Shown: positions 9,804 through 19,731 of the stretch, piece after piece
Layout of the letters: the number at the start of each line of letters is the position of its first letter
How positions within the stretch are numbered: the stretch's first letter is position 1
The notes under the pieces: model-generated
Told to the model about the DNA's origin: nothing
The model's database searches: none
Seen by the model: the letters and a program-made list of their open reading frames with translations, nothing else
Position numbers and translations under genes: made by a program
Origin: Candidatus Bathyarchaeota archaeon
GTDB lineage: Archaea > Thermoproteota > Bathyarchaeia > Bathyarchaeales > Bathycorpusculaceae
Length of the DNA stretch: 64,000 bases
Direction: 5' to 3'
Assembly: GCA_963702095.1 (NCBI GenBank)
Contig: OY969706.1
Span: 96,001-160,000, forward strand

Positions 9804-10715
9804 ATGTCCTTCAAATTCAATACAGAACAAAAAATATACGATATTGGGAATGCCAAGATTGGCGGTCAACCAGGCGAAAACCCGACTTTCCTGATCGGCT
9901 CTATCTTCTGGCTAGGACAAAAAATGGTCCAAGACGCCAACAAAGGTCTCTTTGACGCTAAAGCTGCTGAACAAATCATCAACACAATGCAAACCCAAAG
10001 CGACATCACGGGCGTAAAGTTCGCATTAGACATTGTCGGCACAACGGAACTCGCATTCGAGAAGTATATTGACTTCGTTCCCCAACACACTGACGCGCCA
10101 CTTATGCTTGACGCAATGAGTCCAAAGACCCGTATGGCAGCTGCAAACTTGGCAAAGAAAATGGGTTTACAAGACCGCTGTCTCTACAACTCAGTCTACA
10201 AAGGCGTGCAAGATGCAGAACTCGCAAACCTCAAAGAAAGTGGCATAAAAATGTCCATTGTTCTCGCTGACGACCCCAGAGACACAACCCTTGAAGGCAA
10301 AATGAACGTCATCGTTGAAGCTTTAGCACTCGCAGAAAAAGGCGGAATCACCAAACCGCTCATCGACACAGCCATACCCGCATTCGAACCAGACATGGGA
10401 ACTGCAGTTAGAACCATTCCAATAATGAAAGAGAAGTATGGTCACCCTGTAGGTTTAGGCAGCGGAAACGTTGTCACAACCATGGGTTGGGTTAAAGCGA
10501 ATGTTGCTAAAGAATTCCGCAAGGGATGCGTAACCGCTACCAACACTATCATGCAAATGGCAGGCGCCAACTGGCTTATGATTGGACCGGCTGAACAAGC
10601 TGAATGGGTCTTCCCAGCAGTCGCGGTGACAGACACATACATTGCATCTGCCGCAGCTGACCTAGGCACAAGACCTCTCGAAGAAACACACCCAATCTAC
10701 AAAGCTTTTATGTAA
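9804..10715 (+). CDS. mtrH: Tetrahydromethanopterin/THF methyltransferase subunit H family (MtrH/MtgA-like)
   Basis: IGGQPGENPTFLIGSIF N-terminus, YNS, PLIDTA and GxGSGN motifs of MtrH. Confidence 0.85.
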   Translation: MSFKFNTEQKIYDIGNAKIGGQPGENPTFLIGSIFWLGQKMVQDANKGLFDAKAAEQIINTMQTQSDITGVKFALDIVGTTELAFEKYIDFVPQHTDAPLMLDAMSPKTRMAAANLAKKMGLQDRCLYNSVYKGVQDAELANLKESGIKMSIVLADDPRDTTLEGKMNVIVEALALAEKGGITKPLIDTAIPAFEPDMGTAVRTIPIMKEKYGHPVGLGSGNVVTTMGWVKANVAKEFRKGCVTATNTIMQMAGANWLMIGPAEQAEWVFPAVAVTDTYIASAAADLGTRPLEETHPIYKAFM

Positions 10716-10766
10716 AGCTTTTTCCTTTCTTTTCTTTGTTCAAAAAAAAATAAATGAAGTGCTCCC

Positions 10767-11159
10767 TTGAAACCCCTAAGATGGCTTGAAATCGTCGTTA
10801 CGTTCACAGTTTTAACGTTACTTGTTAGTTACCTTGTTCCAAGTGACTCCCCTATTGTTGTATTACGCTATGTCTTAGGGTTTGTTTTCATCGTTTTCCT
10901 CCCCGGCTACTGCTTAATCAACATCCTGTTTCTGGGCAAAAACCGCTTAGACGTCATCGAAGAAATCACCCTCTCAGTTGCGTTAAGCTTTAGCTTAACA
11001 GGGCTCATCGGGCTCTTCTTGGGGTTGTCGCCCATCGGCATAAACTTTGTATCCATAACTGTTTCGCTAGGTGTGGTAGTGCTGGTTTTAGCCGTGGTGG
11101 CTTTTGTCCGCCTGAGCAAAGAGAAGCCCATAGTTCCGACGCAGACCATGCCAATCTGA
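10767..11159 (+). CDS. DUF1616-like small membrane protein
   Basis: FLPGY and E.ITLSVALS motifs, 4 TMs. Confidence 0.7.
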   Translation: MKPLRWLEIVVTFTVLTLLVSYLVPSDSPIVVLRYVLGFVFIVFLPGYCLINILFLGKNRLDVIEEITLSVALSFSLTGLIGLFLGLSPIGINFVSITVSLGVVVLVLAVVAFVRLSKEKPIVPTQTMPI

Positions 11160-11251
11160 CACTGAGTTTGAACATAGTAATGCGTGCTTTTTTAAACCAA
11201 TACGTAATATTCCCTTAGCGTTTCTACGGAGGGTTCGACAATGATCAGTGG

Positions 11252-11732
11252 CTACTTTGGGATCTTGGCTAACTCCTGCTGTATCTGCTCATAGTTAGGC
11301 TCTATTGTAGGATTCTCAGATATCCACATGTACTGTATGATGCCTTTTTGGTTGATTATAAAAATGGAACGTTTCGCCACAACATAACCGTTTAAACCAG
11401 CGTAATCGGGCATTTCCAAACCGTATTTCTTGATGATTTCCCGTTTGTAATCGCTCAGTATCGGGTAGGGCAACCTGTTTTTTTCTGAGAATTCCTTGTT
11501 CGAGAAGGGGTCGTTGACGCTTACGCCGATAACTTGAGCGCCTAAATCAGTAAAGCGGTCCGTCGAATCACGGAAGGTACACACCTCTTTAGTGCAGGTT
11601 GCGGTGAATGCGCTAACATAAAAGACTAAGACAACTTTTTCGGCCCAGAAATTCATGGAGGCTCCGAGGTTTCGTATTGGTGTCGGGCAACGTGAAATCT
11701 GGTGCTTTATCTCCAACTTTAACGTTTACCAT
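11252..11732 (-). CDS. Peroxiredoxin (Bcp/PrxQ-like), apparent +1 frameshift near 11640
   Basis: ATG 11732 gives MVNVKVGDKAPDFTLPDT..FLGRK; an extra A in an A-run shifts into VVLVFY..FTATCTKEVC. Confidence 0.85.
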
Positions 11733-11785
11733 AAGATAGTAGCTCCTACTAAAGGAAATTGAGCGCTTCTATAAATGGCTAATGC

Positions 11786-12445
11786 TTACTCAAAAGTGAA
11801 GGCGCTTGGGCATATTTCGTTGAGTACACAAATTTCGCATCGAGGCTTCTTTGCTATGCACACCTGTCGTCCATGAAAAATAAGCAAGTCAGTTAGCGGC
11901 ATCCACTCCTCTTTAGGCGTTACCGCCATGAGGTCCTGCTCGATTCTGTTTTGATCTTTATGCTCCGTTAATCCCAGTCGCTGCGAAAGCCTCATCACAT
12001 GCGTATCCACAGCTATGCCAGCGGTGACACCGAAGGCGTTGTAGAGCACTATGTTTGCGGTTTTCCGTGCCACCCCCGGCAACTCAGTGAGTTCCGCCAT
12101 TGTCTTGGGAACTTGCCCACCGAACTTCTCTACCAACATCCTGCAGCATCCTTGGAGGTTTTTGGCTTTGTTGTGGTAGAAACCGGTTGAGTGGATGTCT
12201 TGTTCTAACTCTTTTATGTCAACGTTTGCGTAGTCTTGGGCTGTTTGGTATTTCTTGAATAGGGTTTTGGTGACGAAGTTGACTTGGACGTCCGTGGTTT
12301 GGGCGGAGAGCATGGTGGCGACTAAGAGTTCGAGGGGGTTGGTGTAGGTCAGTGCAGTTTTGGCGTTTGGGTATTGTTTTTGGAGGAGCTGGATTATTTT
12401 TTGGGTGCGTGTTTTGGGTTCGAGGTAGATTTTCGGGGTTTTCAT
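11786..12445 (-). CDS. nth: Endonuclease III
   Basis: LSAQTTD, HhH LPGVARKTAN, VDTHV and CxxxxxxCxxCxxxxxC 4Fe-4S motif. Confidence 0.97.
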   Translation of the reverse strand: MKTPKIYLEPKTRTQKIIQLLQKQYPNAKTALTYTNPLELLVATMLSAQTTDVQVNFVTKTLFKKYQTAQDYANVDIKELEQDIHSTGFYHNKAKNLQGCCRMLVEKFGGQVPKTMAELTELPGVARKTANIVLYNAFGVTAGIAVDTHVMRLSQRLGLTEHKDQNRIEQDLMAVTPKEEWMPLTDLLIFHGRQVCIAKKPRCEICVLNEICPSAFTFE

Positions 12446-12646
12446 GCGTGTTCCTCTCTTAGAAGCGTTGTTGTATTGTTTAGGGTGGGTGGGTTTAAAG
12501 AGTTTTTGTGGAAAAAACCAGAGATTGCTAAACGTCTGTATAGAAAACCTGTTTATTTTTTGAAATATGCAAATAAAACCCTCTAAATTATAGAGTAATG
12601 TTTATATATTTTCCATTAAACTGGATGACTGTTAAAAAACTACCGA

Positions 12647-13213
12647 GTGAAGCCCATGACAAACCCCACAAGAGTAACCGTCGCCTTCGACAAACCCACA
12701 GCCGACCTCCTAGAAAAAATAAGCAAAGAAGCCGACGTTTCACAGAGCGAAATCATGCGCCGCGCCCTAAAATTCTACAGCGAAAACAAAAGCCTCGAAG
12801 ACCCAACAACCAAAAAAAGAATCCACGCCTACCTAGACATGCTCTTCACCGGCGAACACGTAATAATAGACGTAGACCACTGGCTGATGTTTCTGCACTT
12901 AATCGACACCTCGCCACAGAAAGACCAGTTCTGGAAAGAACACCGTGAACTCGCCAGGGCACACTGGGAACAACTCAAGAACAAAATCCACAGCACCGAA
13001 GACATGCTTATGCGCTTGGAAGCCTGCAACTTTTACCGCCTCATAAAGAACGCGCCCAACGATTTCACGCTTGTGCTGGTTTCGGAGGGTTCTAAGGACT
13101 TTATTCGTGTGTTCTTGGAGGAGTATTTTGCGGCTATGGGTGTTAAGGTTGAGATTAAGGAGAACCTTACTAAGCTGAGGGTTATCCTCAAACCCAACGG
13201 TTCCAAAGCATAA
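12647..13213 (+). CDS. Ribbon-helix-helix (CopG-like) regulator with C-terminal domain
   Basis: RVTVAFD...VSQSEIMRRAL RHH signature. Confidence 0.8.
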   Translation: MKPMTNPTRVTVAFDKPTADLLEKISKEADVSQSEIMRRALKFYSENKSLEDPTTKKRIHAYLDMLFTGEHVIIDVDHWLMFLHLIDTSPQKDQFWKEHRELARAHWEQLKNKIHSTEDMLMRLEACNFYRLIKNAPNDFTLVLVSEGSKDFIRVFLEEYFAAMGVKVEIKENLTKLRVILKPNGSKA

Positions 13214-13336
13214 CTGTCCAATCAAGAGCTAATTATCATTCTATTTATCTATTTTTTCCTAAAAATTATGAACAAATCGTAACTACATTTATATCTTATT
13301 GAACAATGTTTTGAGGGTGAGAAAGAGGAATAAAAA

Positions 13337-13450
13337 ATGATAAATGCAATAATTCTCGGGTTAAGCCTCATCGCCGCGGTTGTAGGTTCCTTCGCAAGCG
13401 AGATTTACTTAGCGAAGAAAGTCGGCTCGGAAGGCTCCGCCTCAAATTAA
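13337..13450 (+). CDS. Small single-TM protein (37 aa)
   Basis: MINAIILGLSLIAAVVGSFASEIYLAKK..., preceded by GAGG; below the ORF-track cutoff. Confidence 0.5.
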   Translation: MINAIILGLSLIAAVVGSFASEIYLAKKVGSEGSASN

Positions 13451-13752
13451 ACGGCGTTTGTAAACAAACATCGAATGCATCAGAGTCTGCTAAAGCTTAA
13501 TTCTGGATCGTATTCTGTTTTGGAATCCTAAATTAGACGCGCTCGCGAGAGCGGCTTTCATTGCTGGTTTTATTCGAAAATTCATAACATTTATGAAAAA
13601 ATCTCAACTAACCTTATATTTAATTGAATATATTATATGTAATCATGGAATAAGTGAACAACCATGAGCGTGGAAAACAAAAAAACCCTAAAAACGCCAG
13701 CGAAACTGGCAAGATGCCCAACCGCAGCCTAAAACTACAGGAGAAAAGAACC

Positions 13753-13917
13753 ATGGACCCAACAACCCTAGTCCTAGAACTCTTCGGCGTCGGATCCCTC
13801 GCATTCGCCTTCGCCAAATACACCATTGAGAAAAGGAAAATGGCAAGCTCAGAGGACAACATGAAAAATAACTACCTAACCCATAGCTTAGGCTGCAATA
13901 ATTCCCCAATTTCTTAA
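13753..13917 (+). CDS. Small single-TM protein (54 aa)
   Basis: AGGAG RBS then MDPTTLVLELFGVGSLAFAFAKYTIEKRK. Confidence 0.5.
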   Translation: MDPTTLVLELFGVGSLAFAFAKYTIEKRKMASSEDNMKNNYLTHSLGCNNSPIS

Positions 13918-13999
13918 CGTTTCCAATGTAGTTTTGTTTTTGGTTTGCAGAAGCTTTTTTGCCCTGACCCATCACCTACAAGTCTAAGGTGAAAAAAGA

Positions 14000-14161
14000 G
14001 TGGGTGTCAAATTAACCGTTGATGGAAAAACCGTTCCCCTAAACGATTTTGTGGAAAGCATCTTGGGCGGCACCATAACTGGGGCAGTTACAACCCTGCA
14101 TGGCGTCGAAGCTGATTGGCAAAAAATCGAAATTACAATCGAGCGGCAGCCTAACCTTTAA
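14000..14161 (+). CDS. Small protein (53 aa) resembling the MobB C-terminal extension
   Basis: AAGGTGA RBS, GTG start; VKLTVDGKTVPLNDFVESILGGTITGAVTTLHG. Confidence 0.6.
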   Translation: MGVKLTVDGKTVPLNDFVESILGGTITGAVTTLHGVEADWQKIEITIERQPNL

Positions 14162-14714
14162 ACTCCACTTTTGCATCTAACTCTGCAAACATTTCCCGAT
14201 TGGCCTTGCAGATGGGGCAGATGTACGGTGGGTCTTCCCGGTACACTACGTAACCGCATTGTTTGCAGTACCAGAGTTTTTTTTTGATTTCAGGCGGCTT
14301 TTGTGTTTGCGGTTGCGTGGGCGGCGTGGCTTTTTTTTGTGTTACCTCCACATGTTGTTTGGCGATTGGTACACCGTATGCTCTTTGCTGTTTTTCCGGG
14401 GGTCGGCGTTCTGGCACTTCGGGGAGGTTTTGGCTTTCGTAAACCACTTTGTTGACGTAGAGGCGGCAGTAGCAGGCGCCGTATTGGGCTACGTCGGGGT
14501 CTCGGTAGTCGCAGGGGCAGATGATGTCGCGGTCTAAGTCTAGGTTGCCTGTGCCTAGGCGGCAGGGGCAGACTGGGTAGCCGTAGCGTTCCTCGTTTGT
14601 TTTTAAGCCCTCCAAAAACATCTGGAGCAGCTCCGGTTGGGGCGTGAGGTAGTAGCCGTAGGTTTTAGCGTCGGTTTCGGCGCGTTTACGTACAGCTTCT
14701 ATGGTTGGGGTCAA
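14151..14714 (-). CDS. Ferredoxin:thioredoxin reductase catalytic-type protein with C-terminal rubredoxin-like domain (FDR-like)
   Basis: CPC, CPC and CYC FTR motifs; C-terminal CKQCG..CPIC. Confidence 0.9.
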   Translation of the reverse strand: MTPTIEAVRKRAETDAKTYGYYLTPQPELLQMFLEGLKTNEERYGYPVCPCRLGTGNLDLDRDIICPCDYRDPDVAQYGACYCRLYVNKVVYESQNLPEVPERRPPEKQQRAYGVPIAKQHVEVTQKKATPPTQPQTQKPPEIKKKLWYCKQCGYVVYREDPPYICPICKANREMFAELDAKVEFKG

Positions 14715-14995
14715 ACGCCAAGAGCCTCTTTAAGCTGGTCTTTGCGGAACCCGTTGATTAGGGTTTTGTCGTCTATGATTGTGGTGGGGTAGCTGAGGCT
14801 TCCGCCTTTATCCAAGATGGCTTTGTGCACTTGACTCTTGTCATTGTCCTCCAAGAGGTCAACATCGACAAATTCGTAGGCGACGCCGTTGTCGCTTAGA
14901 AACTGCTTAGTTAACTTGCACCACACACAGGTGCTTAGAGCATAGAGGATGACTTTGTGGTCGCTTTTTTTCCCAGAAACCTTTGAGAATTGCAA
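14711..14995 (-). CDS. Glutaredoxin-like protein (methanoredoxin-type CVWC)
   Basis: LSTCVWCK active site, SYPT cis-Pro motif, GF motif. Confidence 0.88.
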   Translation of the reverse strand: MQFSKVSGKKSDHKVILYALSTCVWCKLTKQFLSDNGVAYEFVDVDLLEDNDKSQVHKAILDKGGSLSYPTTIIDDKTLINGFRKDQLKEALGV

Positions 14996-15124
14996 CTGAA
15001 AAATTCACCAATAGATTTTGGTTTTGCGCGCATATAACTGTTTAGATGAGAATCGCTTGCACGCTACTTTTCTTTGGGTTAGCAGTTGCGGTCTCTTCTG
15101 TTTTCCATGAAAATGTTAGACCCT

Positions 15125-15865
15125 CTAATACTTTGTCAGCAAGTACTCCGAGAGGTTCTTAGAAATCTCCGGCAGACTTTTGGCTATTCGATCCGGCGCC
15201 TGTTTGCTCTGTGCCAAATCGTCTAAACTGTTAAACTGCGAAGAAACAAAGACCGTGCCTAACCCAGCATCTTTGGCGCCCTTAATATCCTCAATTGGGC
15301 TGTCCCCGACGAAAACCGATTCCTGCGCCGCCACCCCCATCCGCTTCAGAATTTCTTGGAAAATGTCACCGCAGGGTTTTCTGCAGCCAACTTCATCCGA
15401 AACAACGATGGCGTTAAAGTATTGGTGTATGCCGACTTTTCTTAGGCTTCTGTGGATGACGGGGGCATGGGTGAAGTTGCTGATTAAACCCACCTTGTAC
15501 TCTACGGCGGTTTGCTGGAGCAGTTTTTTGGCGCCTTCCCGCAGTTCCATGGTGTCGATGAAGTCTTGGAAAAACACGTTAAGCGCTGCCTTAACATGGG
15601 CGTCTTGGGGTGTGACTTTGAAGCCTAAGCTACAGAGGGCTTCTGCGACCCAAATGGCGTTGGTTACTTCTTTGAATTCTTCGTAGCGGATTTTGCGGTA
15701 TTTTCGGTGGGCAACATTGTAGGCAGCCAGAAACTGTTCCTTGTCTAAGTCGAAGCCTTCTGCAACAAGCGCCCGATGCAGGTTGTCCTCGGAGTCTGCC
15801 ATGCTGTAGCCTACGCAGTTGACTAGTGTGCCTATGTAGTCGAAGATTACAGCTTTGATGGGCAT
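15125..15865 (-). CDS. HAD-superfamily hydrolase
   Basis: IFDYIGTL, ISN, KP and VGDSPIEDI motifs. Confidence 0.9.
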   Translation of the reverse strand: MPIKAVIFDYIGTLVNCVGYSMADSEDNLHRALVAEGFDLDKEQFLAAYNVAHRKYRKIRYEEFKEVTNAIWVAEALCSLGFKVTPQDAHVKAALNVFFQDFIDTMELREGAKKLLQQTAVEYKVGLISNFTHAPVIHRSLRKVGIHQYFNAIVVSDEVGCRKPCGDIFQEILKRMGVAAQESVFVGDSPIEDIKGAKDAGLGTVFVSSQFNSLDDLAQSKQAPDRIAKSLPEISKNLSEYLLTKY

Positions 15866-16611
15866 TGGCTACTCCCTTTTTGGTTGACTGCAGCTTTTTT
15901 GATTCTATCCATGGCTTCGCCGAGGGCTGTGCCTAAGAGGTGGTTGGGATAGCCAATTGAGGATTCAACGTTGGGGTCATAGATGATTTCACCCAGATAG
16001 TTTAGCCCCAACCGCTGTGTTTCACGCTGGATTGCCGTTGACTTGTCCATCTTTAGGTTTTCTACGACGCCGACTATGGGCATTTTCAGTTCCACAAGGA
16101 GAGCGACTTGTTTTTTGACTACTTCAAAAGCCAGAAGCGACGGCGTAGTCACAATCAAAAACTCTATGCGCTTAACTAGCCGCACCATGTCAAGCACGGC
16201 GTCGCTGATGCCCGGCGGCATATCGATGATTAAAAAATCAAGTTCGCCCCACCGAGTTATAGCCAGCAACTCTATTAGGGCGTTGGATATGTCGCCTCCC
16301 CGCAGCGGCGCAGGGTTATCTCCGACAAAGTAAACCATGGACATGTATTCTAAACCGTTGACTGTTGGGGGGATGATGCCTTTGTCTTCTTTGGGCTGCA
16401 CAGTTTTGGGGACGTCTAGAATTATGTGGGTTGAGGGACCGGTGAAGTCTACGTCGAAGAGGCCGACGCGGCAGCCTTCTTTGGCAAGGGAGAGCGCTAA
16501 TGCGGTGGCAATCATGCTTTTGCCGACGCCGCCTTTGCCGCTTGAAACGGCGATAATTCGCTTTATCCCAGCTAAACGGTCAGTTATTACGCTTGTCCGC
16601 GTGTCAATCAC
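15847..16611 (-). CDS. mrp: Mrp/NBP35 Fe-S cluster carrier ATPase
   Basis: SGKGGVGKS Walker A, DVDFTGP, DMPPG. Confidence 0.9.
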   Translation of the reverse strand: MIDTRTSVITDRLAGIKRIIAVSSGKGGVGKSMIATALALSLAKEGCRVGLFDVDFTGPSTHIILDVPKTVQPKEDKGIIPPTVNGLEYMSMVYFVGDNPAPLRGGDISNALIELLAITRWGELDFLIIDMPPGISDAVLDMVRLVKRIEFLIVTTPSLLAFEVVKKQVALLVELKMPIVGVVENLKMDKSTAIQRETQRLGLNYLGEIIYDPNVESSIGYPNHLLGTALGEAMDRIKKAAVNQKGSSQCPSKL

Positions 16612-17012
16612 TCGGCTTTGACTCCTTGTATGTCTTCAAGCCAGACTCCGCGTCCACTGGCGATTTCAAAGTCGGGGCTGCCGCATTTTGGGCACTTGAT
16701 GTATGAGTGCGCGACTTCGGGGACAAAGTGGATGGCTTCGGCAGTGGCTTTGTCGAGGCTCTTTGTGTTGTACTGCCAAGAAGTGCCGCAGACACGACAT
16801 TTCAATGTAGACTTTGCCTTCAAAATTCGGAATTTGGCGCCCTCAAAGATACCGGTGCCCAACTGTTTTAGTGCAAACCGCAGAATCGGCGGCTCAACCT
16901 GCTGTAGCTCGCCAATGCGTATAGTGACCTCTGTGACCTGTACTAGGTGCTCCTGCACTGCGATCTGCTGTGCAGTGGCGAGTATTCCTTCAGCTAGTGC
17001 CCATTCATGCAT
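16608..17012 (-). CDS. hypA: Hydrogenase nickel incorporation protein HypA
   Basis: MHE start, two CxxC motifs, GRG. Confidence 0.95.
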   Translation of the reverse strand: MHEWALAEGILATAQQIAVQEHLVQVTEVTIRIGELQQVEPPILRFALKQLGTGIFEGAKFRILKAKSTLKCRVCGTSWQYNTKSLDKATAEAIHFVPEVAHSYIKCPKCGSPDFEIASGRGVWLEDIQGVKAE

Positions 17013-17125
17013 AACTAAAAAGGTTTAACGCGGCAATAAAAGAATATTGCAAAGTGCACGTCGATTCTGGGGCGCAGTAGCTTTAAATCCCCCAAGTCGC
17101 CCCTAATCTTTTCGGTGTTTCTGTT

Positions 17126-17689
17126 TTGAGCCAAAAAATCAAGGTTCTATCTTTCGCAGGCAGCTTAAGAGCAGGCTCCTACAACAAAGCCATGGTCCGT
17201 GCCGCCGTAGAAGTGGCACCGCAAAACGTAACCCTCGAAGTTTTCGATTTAGCTGGCATCCCACCCTACAACGCCGACCTCGAAGCTAACCCGCCGCAGA
17301 AGGTAGTGGAATTCAAAGAGAAAATCCGCCTAGCTGACGCCCTGCTCATCGCTAGCCCCGAATACAACTACTCCATCCCGGGCGTACTCAAAAACGCCAT
17401 CGACTGGGCCAGCCGACCCGCCAAAGGCAACCCATTGGAGGGCAAACCTGTGGCTATCATGAGTGCCTCCACAGGCAGGTTCGGTGGAGCAAGGGCGCAG
17501 TATCATCTGCGGCAGTCCTTTGTATTTCTCGATATGCACCCAGTTAACCGCCCAGAAGTCATGCTCTCAGACGCAGCCCACAACGTTGATCTCGAGGGTA
17601 GGGTAACTAACGAGGTGACGCGGGAGCTTATTGGGCAGTTGCTTGAGGCGTTGGCGGCATGGACAATTAAGCTCAAAACTCCGCCTTAG
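17126..17689 (+). CDS. NADPH-dependent FMN reductase
   Basis: GSLRAGSYN and PEYNYSIPGVLKNAIDW. Confidence 0.92.
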   Translation: MSQKIKVLSFAGSLRAGSYNKAMVRAAVEVAPQNVTLEVFDLAGIPPYNADLEANPPQKVVEFKEKIRLADALLIASPEYNYSIPGVLKNAIDWASRPAKGNPLEGKPVAIMSASTGRFGGARAQYHLRQSFVFLDMHPVNRPEVMLSDAAHNVDLEGRVTNEVTRELIGQLLEALAAWTIKLKTPP

Positions 17690-17718
17690 CATTCCGTGGC
17701 GTACTCTGGGTTTGTTGT

Positions 17719-17732
17719 GAAAAGCCTTAAAA
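17719..17732 (+). promoter_or_regulatory. Putative BRE/TATA of the native endoQ promoter
   Basis: GAAAAG-CCTTAAAA about 36 nt upstream of the orphaned ATG at 17768. Confidence 0.45.
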
Positions 17733-17767
17733 CGGTTAACCAACACGTTAAGGCTTGGCGAATTCAG

Positions 17768-17815
17768 ATGAGAGTTATAGCGGACTTGCACATCGCCATG
17801 TACACAAATGCTTAA
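17768..17815 (+). pseudogene. Orphaned native 5' end of endoQ (MRVIADLHI then element-derived AMYTNA*)
   Basis: ATG AGA GTT ATA GCG GAC TTG CAC ATC encodes the PHP-domain ADLHI(H) start and is cut at attL. Confidence 0.85.
17780..17794 (+). repeat. attL core
   Basis: GCGGACTTGCACATC identical to 21776-21790. Confidence 0.88.
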
Positions 17816-17851
17816 ATTCGGGTTCACGGTAATACACAATCGGCGATTAGG

Positions 17852-19442
17852 TTGGTACGTAAACGGTTAGACGGTTGGAAATTCGTCAAAGACACCCAAG
17901 AACACCTTTATCCTAAAGAACGGGAAATGCTGGATTTCATCAAGGCTGAGAAGCAGCTCTCAGTTGAGCAACTTTTAGAGAAGTTGAAGTACGGCAAAGC
18001 CCAGAAGAGAACCATCGAAATAACCGCTTACCGTCTCAGGCAGAAGGGCTTAATCGACTCAATCATCACATTGGTAGAGGGCGAGGTTTCTAAGGAGGTC
18101 AGGGAGCTAACTCAGTCGAGCGAAGCACTCAAAGCGTGGACTCGACGCCTCAACTCTCAGGAAACCATCAACAAATTCCTCTATTTGTACCTGCGATATT
18201 TTGGGTGGATTAAGCAAAAGGGCTGCTATCAGACTCCCGACGAAATGATTGAGCATCAACAGAACGCCGAGTCCAACAAGGAGCGCTTCAAGGACATTAC
18301 CCTCATTGAAGACTACCTCTTAGAGTCTAAACTTCCAGCGCCTCAGCAGAAAAGCACCTACACGGCAATAAGGAGCTTCTATAAACACAACAAAGCTGCT
18401 CTTCCAGCCTACCCTATCCAGTTCAAAACCAAGAACAACAAGCCCAAAGTAACTGAGGAACCCATCACTCTGCCGGAAATCAAAGAGTTACTCAAGAACG
18501 CTAACCCCCGAGAGCAAGGCATCTTCCTGTGTTGTCTTCATGCAGGCTTGGACCGCTCAACCTTCTGCAAAGTGTTTAACCTTAATGCATGGCCGCAAAT
18601 TGTCAAGCAGATGGGAACCGAGAACGCTGACGATTGGGACCTCTCAAAAGCTCCTGTCAAAATAGAGTTGCTCCGGCCTAAGACTCAACAGGAATACTAT
18701 AGTTTCCTCTCAGTCGATGCTCTAAAAGCCATCCAAGCATGGCTAAAAGTCCGGGAAACGTTGACAGGTAAGAAGATGAGCGCTGGAGAACCCCTCTTTT
18801 TGACGGCGAGAAGAGAACCCATGCAAGTAGACAACGTGAGCGGCCTCTTCAATCGCTTAGCCATATCTGCGGGGCTGGAAGCAAAGAAGTACGGGAAGGC
18901 CGTCAGAGGTTAGATACCGCTTCCATGCTCACGAGCTCCGAGACACCCTAAAAAGCGCTTGTTCAATGGCGGGGGTGGTGACAGCGGTTTCTGAGTTCAT
19001 CATCGGCCATGAAATCGACTCTCTGCATTATGACAAGAGCCCTCAAGCATACCCAGACCATTTCAGAGCGGAATATCGCAAGGTAGAAGTCCACATCAAT
19101 ATCTTCAGCTCTGAAGAGGCTACGGCCAAAAAACTTGAGGCCGTTGAAGAGAGACTCGCACAGAAGGACTCAATCATAGGGAGCTTAGTTGAGGACAAAA
19201 AAGCATTGGAGAACCGAGTCGAACGCATGGAGCGCATGATGATGAACTTTGAGAGGGTCCTCAACCAACAGCCAGGAGCAACCACAATCCAAGCGGAAGA
19301 GCAGAAACAAGCGGCATGGAAAGAGCATCTAAAACAGCATCCAGAGCTTCAGCTCTCAGTCGAGGACACAGCGGACCCCGTGAAGCTTGAGCAGTTCTTG
19401 AAGGCCTACAAAGGGTTCCAAGAGCAGAAAATCACAGCCTAA
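17852..19442 (+). CDS. Tyrosine recombinase/integrase (apparent +1 frameshift near 18902)
   Basis: HAGLDRS region; after removing one G the frame continues RYRFHAHELRDTL (HxLR) and IGHEIDSLHY (H..Y); N-terminal extension and C-terminal coiled coil. Confidence 0.88.
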
Positions 19443-19578
19443 ACGCCTTTTTTTTCTTTGTGTTTGCTGGGCAAAATAAGGCTTTTTTTGAGCCCTATTT
19501 TTGATTTAAAGGCTGTAAAAACGTGCAACAAGCCTTAAGTACATACTTCGTTCATACCTCAGATTCAGGGTAAAAAGC

Positions 19579-19731
19579 ATGAAGAAAAGTGGAAGAATCA
19601 TATTTCGCGCCGACAAAGCCTTCATCGAAGAAATCTCCCAAATCGCTGAAGAGCTTGACGAAAGTCGGTCGCGTCTGATTAGGAAAGCCATCAAAGAGAA
19701 AATCGCCGCTTTGAGAGGGGTTCAGGCGTGA
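19579..19731 (+). CDS. Small ribbon-helix-helix (CopG-like) protein, 50 aa
   Basis: MKKSGRIIFRADKAFIEEISQIAEELDESRSRLIRKAIKEKI; GTGA overlap with next ORF; absent from the ORF track. Confidence 0.75.
   Translation: MKKSGRIIFRADKAFIEEISQIAEELDESRSRLIRKAIKEKIAALRGVQA

Noticed and set aside
9357-14995. Selenocysteine or pyrrolysine read-through in the methyltransferase and redox genes
   Set aside because: No in-frame TGA or TAG interrupts a conserved domain; all breaks are frame changes.
18895-18970. SSV1/pNOB8-style split integrase or programmed frameshift
   Set aside because: No att repeat or slippery run at the break; a single extra base restores the frame, like other indels in the window.
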